Shown here in pieces: positions 26,598-32,000 of a stretch of 32,000 bases of DNA (position 1 is the first letter of the stretch; every line of letters starts with the position of its first letter). Under the pieces are notes generated by a model, which did no database searches, had not been told where the DNA came from, and was given only the letters and a program-made list of their open reading frames with translations. Origin of the DNA: Puniceicoccales bacterium (lineage in GTDB: Bacteria > Verrucomicrobiota > Verrucomicrobiia > Opitutales > JAIRLM01); assembly GCA_031268535.1 (NCBI GenBank), contig JAIRXB010000010.1, positions 1 through 32,000 on the forward strand. The letters are read 5' to 3'. The position numbers and the translations under genes were made by a program.

Positions 26598-27662
26598 ATG
26601 ATCATGGATCAGGACATTGTCACACTGGCGCGCAGTGCAGTGCCATGGCTTTCCAGCGACGGCAATCAAGTGGCCATTTCTTCGCGCGTCCGCCTGGTGC
26701 GCAACCTCGCCGACGAGCGATTTCCCGGCTGGGCTAAAAATGAACAGCAATTTAGCGCACGGGAGCGAGTTCACTGCGCCGTTGCGGACAGCTACCCCAC
26801 GGTGCGCCATTGGCGCATGGAAACGCTCGCGCGGAATGAGCGAGAACTATTTGCGGAGCGGCGCATCGCCGGGAAATTTTTCGCTAAAACAGCCGACCTC
26901 GCCGAAGTGGCCATCGAGAAGGACCAACATCTTGCCTTTCGCATAAACGATGGAGACCATTTAAAAATTTCCTGCACACTGCCGGGGCTGAACCTATTCG
27001 CCTCCCACGAAATGGCCGATTCTGCCGACAACTCCATCTCAAACCGCCTTGAGTTTGCCTTCGACGAAAAGCGTGGATTTTTAACGGCAGACCCAGCCGA
27101 CATGGGGACGGGGCTGCGCGCCTCACTGCTGCTCTTTTTGCCGGCGCTTTCCACGGCGGAAAAAATTGGCCAGATAACACACGCCATTCAGCAACTCGGA
27201 TGCTCAGTTGGCGGATTTGGAGGCGCCGGAACTGGCCCGGAAGCCTGCATTTTTCAGGTGCACAATCGCATTACACTCGGAGAAAGCGAAGAAACCATAT
27301 TGCGCCGCATGGCGGCCCTCGGCGAAACCATAGCTGAACAGGAGCTTGCGGCCCGCAGCGAAATGGATAGCACACTTTCCAGCCTAATCGCGGACCGCAT
27401 GGCGCGGGTGATAGCCATGCTCTGCAGCGCGCGCGTTGTCACGCTGCAAGAAGGACTTGCACTGCTTGGGCAGGCGCGGCTGGCCGCTTCCCTGGGCTAC
27501 ATTGAAAGTCGTTTTCTCCAAAAAATAGACGAACTCCTGATCGCCATCCTTCCAATACACCTCCAACTGCGCTACGGCGAATGGGTCAAGGACGATAAAT
27601 TGGACGCTCTGCGCGCAGACATGCTTCGCCAAGCTTTTGCCAAGGTGCAACTACTCCGCTAA
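26598..27662 (+). CDS. mcsB: Protein arginine kinase (McsB-like, ATP:guanido phosphotransferase fold)
   Basis: VAISSRVRLVRNLADERFPGWA (McsB N-terminal signature SSRVRLARNL..FP). DHLKISC. DPADMGTGLRASLLLFLPAL (guanido kinase active-site loop). C-terminal dimerisation-like helices. Confidence 0.85.
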   Translation: MIMDQDIVTLARSAVPWLSSDGNQVAISSRVRLVRNLADERFPGWAKNEQQFSARERVHCAVADSYPTVRHWRMETLARNERELFAERRIAGKFFAKTADLAEVAIEKDQHLAFRINDGDHLKISCTLPGLNLFASHEMADSADNSISNRLEFAFDEKRGFLTADPADMGTGLRASLLLFLPALSTAEKIGQITHAIQQLGCSVGGFGGAGTGPEACIFQVHNRITLGESEETILRRMAALGETIAEQELAARSEMDSTLSSLIADRMARVIAMLCSARVVTLQEGLALLGQARLAASLGYIESRFLQKIDELLIAILPIHLQLRYGEWVKDDKLDALRADMLRQAFAKVQLLR

Positions 27663-27668
27663 AATGAG

Positions 27669-28424
27669 ATGCGCCCCATGTTGGAAGTGCGTAAATTGGA
27701 AAAACACTACGGCCGCAATGCCGTCGTCCGCTGCGTAGATTTCGACGTCGGCCTCGGAGAAATAGTTGGTCTCCTCGGCCCAAACGGCGCCGGCAAAACT
27801 ACCACCTTTCACATGACCGTTGGCCTCCTGCGCCCCACTGGCGGCAGCATCCATTTCGAAGGCAAAGACATCACAAATCTTCCGGTCTATAGGAGAGCCA
27901 GGGTCGGACTGGGCTATCTTCCCCAGGAGCCATCCGTTTTTCGCCGTCTATCGGTGCGCAAAAATCTCATGGCCATAGCGGAACTGCTTCCACTTTCGCG
28001 CAGCGATCGGAGGCGGCGCGTTGAGAAATTTCTGGACGATCTCGCCATCGCAAGCATATCAGACCGTCGAGCAGATGAGTTGAGCGGCGGAGAGCGAAGG
28101 AGGCTGGAAATAGCTAGGGCTCTACTTCTCGAACCGAAATTATTGCTGCTCGATGAACCTTTCAGCGGCGTTGACCCCATAAGCGTGGGAGACTTGCAGC
28201 GCATCATATTGCAACTGCGCAGCAAATCCATAGGCATACTCATAACGGATCACAACGTCAGGGAAACGCTGTCCATAGTGGACAGAGCCTACCTCATTCA
28301 CAAAGGCTGCGTTCTGGCCTCCGGAAACAGAGATTCGCTCCTGAATAACCCGCTAAGCAGGAAGCACTATCTAGGTGAAAACTTCCACATTGACGCCCCA
28401 CTGGGGGCAATGGCGGCAAAATGA
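27669..28424 (+). CDS. lptB: LPS export ABC transporter ATP-binding protein LptB
   Basis: Walker A GPNGAGKTTTF, Q-loop YLPQEPSVFRRLSV, signature LSGGERRRLEIARAL, Walker B LLLLDEPFSGVDP, H-loop ITDHNVRETL. Starts 6 nt after the mcsB stop. Confidence 0.9.
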   Translation: MRPMLEVRKLEKHYGRNAVVRCVDFDVGLGEIVGLLGPNGAGKTTTFHMTVGLLRPTGGSIHFEGKDITNLPVYRRARVGLGYLPQEPSVFRRLSVRKNLMAIAELLPLSRSDRRRRVEKFLDDLAIASISDRRADELSGGERRRLEIARALLLEPKLLLLDEPFSGVDPISVGDLQRIILQLRSKSIGILITDHNVRETLSIVDRAYLIHKGCVLASGNRDSLLNNPLSRKHYLGENFHIDAPLGAMAAK

Positions 28425-28583
28425 TTAATGGCGCGCCGGACGGGCGAAGCCGGAAAACTGCATTGACCGGCCAATCGCGTCGCCGTAGGAGTCTGCCGTG
28501 CGGTTGAAAGGTGAACATTTAGACGCTGCACTTTCGCTCGGCCTCGCATTCGCTCTGCGCACGCTGCCAAGCGGAGCCCTTTC

Positions 28584-29258
28584 GTGCGCATCCTACACGG
28601 CCAAAAAAATTTGCCAATGGCGCCAAGCGACATTGACGCTGTCGGCGCTGTTGGCTGCGGCGGCAATTGTCTTTTTCGATTTATGTTAAATTTTTTCGAG
28701 CTCACTTTCCTAGCGGTACCGCTGGCCCTGTGCCTATGTCCAGTCTTTGTGCTCAGGGGCAAACGCTGCGACAGCAGTAGGGCGATTTGCATTTTTGAGA
28801 CACCGGCAATGGGTGCCTTGGCGCTAGCACTTGCGAGACAAACCCATCACATTTCGCCAAAGATATGCGCCACGCTTCTATTTTTTTCGCTGCCGATGCT
28901 CCACGGAATCGCACCATTTGATAGATGGCTACGCTTCGAACTGCACCTGCGCAGCGCCATTTGGTCCTCGGTGCGAACAATTTCTCTCGCTGCGCTGCCA
29001 TGGCTGGCTCACGGTGACATTTTGCCTATTGGGAATTTTGCCCTAGCACTGGCCATCCTCCACGGCGCCCTGTACCTGCGCCGCATCATGGCCGATGGAG
29101 ACAGTGTGCGATCCAGAAGCGGCACAGCACTTGCCTCCATCGGAGCAGCACACATCATCGCATTGCGGTTCAACTGCGCAACACTCGCGCTCACATCACT
29201 CTTGCTGCAGCTGGTGCTCATTCGGAAAGCCATCCGATCGGAGGCAGCCGGATGCTAG
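28584..29258 (+). CDS. Hypothetical polytopic membrane protein (start uncertain: GTG 28584, ATG 28618 or ATG 28683)
   Basis: Several hydrophobic segments (FELTFLAVPLALCLCPVFVL, AMGALALALA, ICATLLFFSLPML, ISLAALPWLA, NFALALAILHGALYL, LALTSLLLQLVLI). Its stop overlaps the nrdG start by 7 nt (ATGCTAG at 29252-29258). Confidence 0.5.
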   Translation: MRILHGQKNLPMAPSDIDAVGAVGCGGNCLFRFMLNFFELTFLAVPLALCLCPVFVLRGKRCDSSRAICIFETPAMGALALALARQTHHISPKICATLLFFSLPMLHGIAPFDRWLRFELHLRSAIWSSVRTISLAALPWLAHGDILPIGNFALALAILHGALYLRRIMADGDSVRSRSGTALASIGAAHIIALRFNCATLALTSLLLQLVLIRKAIRSEAAGC

Positions 29259-29938
29259 TGGGCGGGCTGCAAAAATATACGCTGATCGATTTTCCAGGTC
29301 GCGTTGCCTGCGTGCTATTTACCCAAGGGTGCAACATGCGTTGCCCATTCTGCCACAACGAAAGCCTGTGGCCAATGGAAGGCAACGGCCAGCTATCGGA
29401 AGACGATTTTTTCCTCTTTCTGCAAAATCGGATCGGAAAACTCGACGGAGCAGTAATTTCCGGAGGAGAGCCAACCCTGCAGCCGGACTTGGCTGAAGTT
29501 TTCAAAAAAATTCACGGGCTCGGATTTGCGACAAAATTGGACACAAACGGAACGCGCCCAGACGTCCTGGAACGGCTGATCGGCGAAGGACTCGTCGATT
29601 TCGTAGCCATGGACCTAAAGCATCGTCTAGACGAATACTCCGTCGCCTGCGGCACACATGTAGACCTAAGCTCCATCAAAAAATCGCTGGCTCTGCTAAA
29701 ATCCAGTTCTCTGCACTATGAATTGCGCACGACCGCAATCCCCGCCATACACAGCATGGACCACCTGAAATCGCTCAGCGCCATCGTTGCCGGCGCGCCA
29801 CGCTTTACGCTGCAGAATTTTTCTCCAAAAAATGCGGCAGCGCCGTGGCTGCGGCAAACCAAGCCGTTTCAACTCAGCCAACTCGAACAATTGCGGCCAA
29901 TTTTTGAACCAATTGTTGGCAAGTTCACAATACGCTAG
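29252..29938 (+). CDS. nrdG: Anaerobic ribonucleoside-triphosphate reductase activating protein (radical SAM)
   Basis: GGLQKYTLIDFPGRVACVLFTQGCNMRCPFCHN carries the CxxxCxxC cluster motif and the characteristic N-terminal context of class III RNR activases. GGEPTLQPDL is the SAM-binding motif. Confidence 0.8.
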   Translation: MLVGGLQKYTLIDFPGRVACVLFTQGCNMRCPFCHNESLWPMEGNGQLSEDDFFLFLQNRIGKLDGAVISGGEPTLQPDLAEVFKKIHGLGFATKLDTNGTRPDVLERLIGEGLVDFVAMDLKHRLDEYSVACGTHVDLSSIKKSLALLKSSSLHYELRTTAIPAIHSMDHLKSLSAIVAGAPRFTLQNFSPKNAAAPWLRQTKPFQLSQLEQLRPIFEPIVGKFTIR

Positions 29939-30091
29939 CGGCAATAGGGAGGCGCCTTTGCTGAAAAGTGAAACCTCAACTGCGCATAGGCGGCGTGGCC
30001 GGAAAATGCTATGGCAGTGCAGCTGCCTGAAATTGAACGGAGCACCAGTAAATTTTATTGACGCCACGTGGACCAATGCTAAACTTAAAAC

Positions 30092-31177
30092 ATGGCATCC
30101 ATGACAAGTGCTGTCCACATGTACGGCAGCAGTCTTCGCCTTCATCCTCACCTAGCCGACGTGGAAAACTTCAAATGTGCTGTCTCCAAATTGCGCGACG
30201 GCAAAATGAGCTTCGGAAACTTCATGGACTATGTGCTATATCGACTGTTTCTATTTCAAGCGAAAAATGCCAGGGGCTACATTCAAAACGACAGCGCAGC
30301 CGATAGAAACAAGTTAGTTGGAAGCCTCTCGGAACTTGACTGCAATTCCAAAATATGCACGCTATCACCGGACGAAGCAAACACTGTTGCCACCTCCTTT
30401 CATTTGGCGCTAGGAGATGGCGATGAGCGATTACGAGCAGAATTCATCGGCTCAGTCAAAAAGTATGCACATAGGATTAGCGTCAGAATTCCAGACAATA
30501 ATGAGCTGGTCCCTTTTTCAGAATTTTGCTCAAATTCTAATGAACAATGGAAAAAAAAATTTGGTTCATCCATCGCCGACTTTAGCCAAAGCACCGTTTC
30601 CGATGAGCTATCCAAAACTTTTTCGCATAGGCCAGCAGCGCCATCAATGGCCAAAACACACATCCGAGAAGATGGTGGACGCGTGAACTTCAATGTTCCG
30701 CCAGGACCAAGCCCAGATGACAGTAGCAGCGGCAAGCAAATTGCAGACGACATTACGCAGCAAATCGCCAAAGCTAGATCGATCGACAAAGATCACGTCG
30801 CCACCAAAATTACCAGCGTGGCATTTGACGCATCGAGCGGCACATTGGAAATTACGCTGCCGCAGCGCGGCGGAACAGTGACGTATCTATGCGAAACAAA
30901 TGGGGCAGATTTGAATCTGATTGCCGAAGTTGTCGCTGAATTGCAGTGCCCAACAACCACAACGCACATAGCGTGCAGTGGCGCAATTGACGTGAAATTT
31001 TTTAGAACCTTAGCGGCAAAAATAATTGAAAGACACTGCGAAAAGCACGGACATATTCATGTGCTAATCATTGCATGCAAAGACAACGGAAAATTTAAAA
31101 AAATCACCGATGCAATAGCTAAACTTCAAAATGGGAGCAGCATACACGTAGAACGAGACCTAACGGCGGACGAGTAG
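30092..31177 (+). CDS. Hypothetical protein (361 aa), convergent with the T3SS genes
   Basis: ATG-initiated ORF with no competing long ORF, AT-richer than the neighbouring genes. I recognise no motif. Confidence 0.6.
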   Translation: MASMTSAVHMYGSSLRLHPHLADVENFKCAVSKLRDGKMSFGNFMDYVLYRLFLFQAKNARGYIQNDSAADRNKLVGSLSELDCNSKICTLSPDEANTVATSFHLALGDGDERLRAEFIGSVKKYAHRISVRIPDNNELVPFSEFCSNSNEQWKKKFGSSIADFSQSTVSDELSKTFSHRPAAPSMAKTHIREDGGRVNFNVPPGPSPDDSSSGKQIADDITQQIAKARSIDKDHVATKITSVAFDASSGTLEITLPQRGGTVTYLCETNGADLNLIAEVVAELQCPTTTTHIACSGAIDVKFFRTLAAKIIERHCEKHGHIHVLIIACKDNGKFKKITDAIAKLQNGSSIHVERDLTADE

Positions 31178-31208
31178 GGCAAACGGGACGGTTTGACGGC
31201 AAAAATGA

Positions 31209-31607
31209 CTAGCCCTGATTTCGAAACAGAGTCTGCGCACCCTGGCCAAGCTTGTCGGCCGTCTTAGAGCTAACATCATTCATGTAGGCAAGCTGCGTCA
31301 GCTGGTACTGTATTTGGATAAGCTCCTTCATCGTAATGTCACCCTTCCCAACGATGCCGACTATGTTGTCTACTATGGCGTTCAATTTTTTACGAAAACT
31401 GCCAAGTGGACGCAAAATATTGCCGGCAAAAGGCTTTTCGGATCTTGCGCTCTGCCCTGCGGCTCCGACGATATTCCCGTTTAGCATGTCCGCAAACGAA
31501 TCAACATTTCTCCACAGAACGGACCCAAACGGTTCACCGCCAACTGCACCATCCCCAGTTGCCTGGAGACCATGCATTTGCACCTCGTCCACTACGCCAT
31601 CGGACAT
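31209..31607 (-). CDS. T3SS inner-rod/needle-family protein (YscI/PrgJ/EscI-like, SctI)
   Basis: 132 aa. The C-terminus ...MKELIQIQYQLTQLAYMNDVSSKTADKLGQGAQTLFRNQG has the helical L..hQ..L....h...SK......Q.L pattern of rod/needle proteins. It sits 15 nt downstream of a YscG-like TPR gene, matching the yscG...yscI order. Confidence 0.55.
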   Translation of the reverse strand: MSDGVVDEVQMHGLQATGDGAVGGEPFGSVLWRNVDSFADMLNGNIVGAAGQSARSEKPFAGNILRPLGSFRKKLNAIVDNIVGIVGKGDITMKELIQIQYQLTQLAYMNDVSSKTADKLGQGAQTLFRNQG

Positions 31608-31622
31608 AATTTTTACCAGTCG

Positions 31623-32000
31623 CTAGCGCCTATTTCGCTCACGCAAATAGGCAAAATCTTCGGTTTTTAAATGGCGGGCCAACTCTACGGCGCAGTCGTC
31701 GCTGCCGTCTTCAATTACGGCATTCAAAATTGCATCGCTCTCATCAACGGCACCGGACATGCGAAACACCATGGCAGCCATGGTATCCACTAGCAAATTT
31801 TCCGGATTCAGCTTCTTTGCCCGCTTAACCAAAGTGTCGCAAGCTGCCGTCAATTTCCCCAGATTCATCTGGGCCATGGCCAAACCTATGAGTGGCAATT
31901 CGGATTTTGGCCTTACCGCCGAAATGCCATCAAAGATAGTCGCCGCCTGGGTGGGCCTGCCTTGGCCGCAGGCTACGTAGCCAACCTCCATCAGGAGCTG
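31623..32000 (-). CDS. Small TPR T3SS chaperone (YscG/CdsG-like); frame open to the window end
   Basis: LLMEVGYVACGQGRPTQAATIFDGISAVRPKSELPLIGLAMAQMNLGKLTAACDTL resembles YscG ([25 protein letters not shown]...). There is a Met at 31991, but the three upstream codons are also open, so the 5' end may lie outside the window. Confidence 0.5.
   Translation of the reverse strand, partial: QLLMEVGYVACGQGRPTQAATIFDGISAVRPKSELPLIGLAMAQMNLGKLTAACDTLVKRAKKLNPENLLVDTMAAMVFRMSGAVDESDAILNAVIEDGSDDCAVELARHLKTEDFAYLRERNRR

Overview
This 32-kb window comes from a diderm bacterium (it encodes LptB) that carries type III secretion (T3SS) genes. The gene content (T3SS, MreB, class III RNR activase) suggests a PVC/Chlamydiae-like or similar host-associated lineage, but that is inference only. 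About half the window is housekeeping: argS, mreB, a tsaB-like gene, tRNA-Pro(CGG), a fused two-domain ABC permease, a YugP-type Zn peptidase, an mcsB-like protein arginine kinase, lptB and an nrdG-type radical-SAM activase. The other half is accessory and holds the main signal. Three genes (1-1991 minus, cut by the window edge and absent from the ORF track; 4451-14197 minus; about 20210-23602 plus) share one architecture that I cannot assign to any family. Each has a 55-100 aa N-terminal region, then one long hydrophobic segment with a (S/T)(A/V)GI(V/Y)W motif and a basic C-flank. A 120-480 aa Pro/Gln/Ser/Ala-rich linker follows, then a large, mutually unrelated, helical, Cys-containing domain. 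The middle gene is a 9.7-kb ORF (3,248 codons) with four tandem repeats of about 1.56-1.63 kb (about 520 aa) whose relationships are mosaic. An 11.8-kb segment carrying it is bracketed by about 525-bp direct repeats. One copy lies 40 bp from the tRNA-Pro 3' end, and each copy sits just upstream of a family member. Directly downstream of the giant gene are three tandem Cys-rich paralogous modules, two of them disrupted. Other features are a decayed IS5-family element (15635-16330) and the edge of a T3SS needle/rod subcluster (YscG-like TPR chaperone plus YscI-like rod protein) at the window end. No CRISPR array, rRNA, integrase or recognisable defence system was seen.
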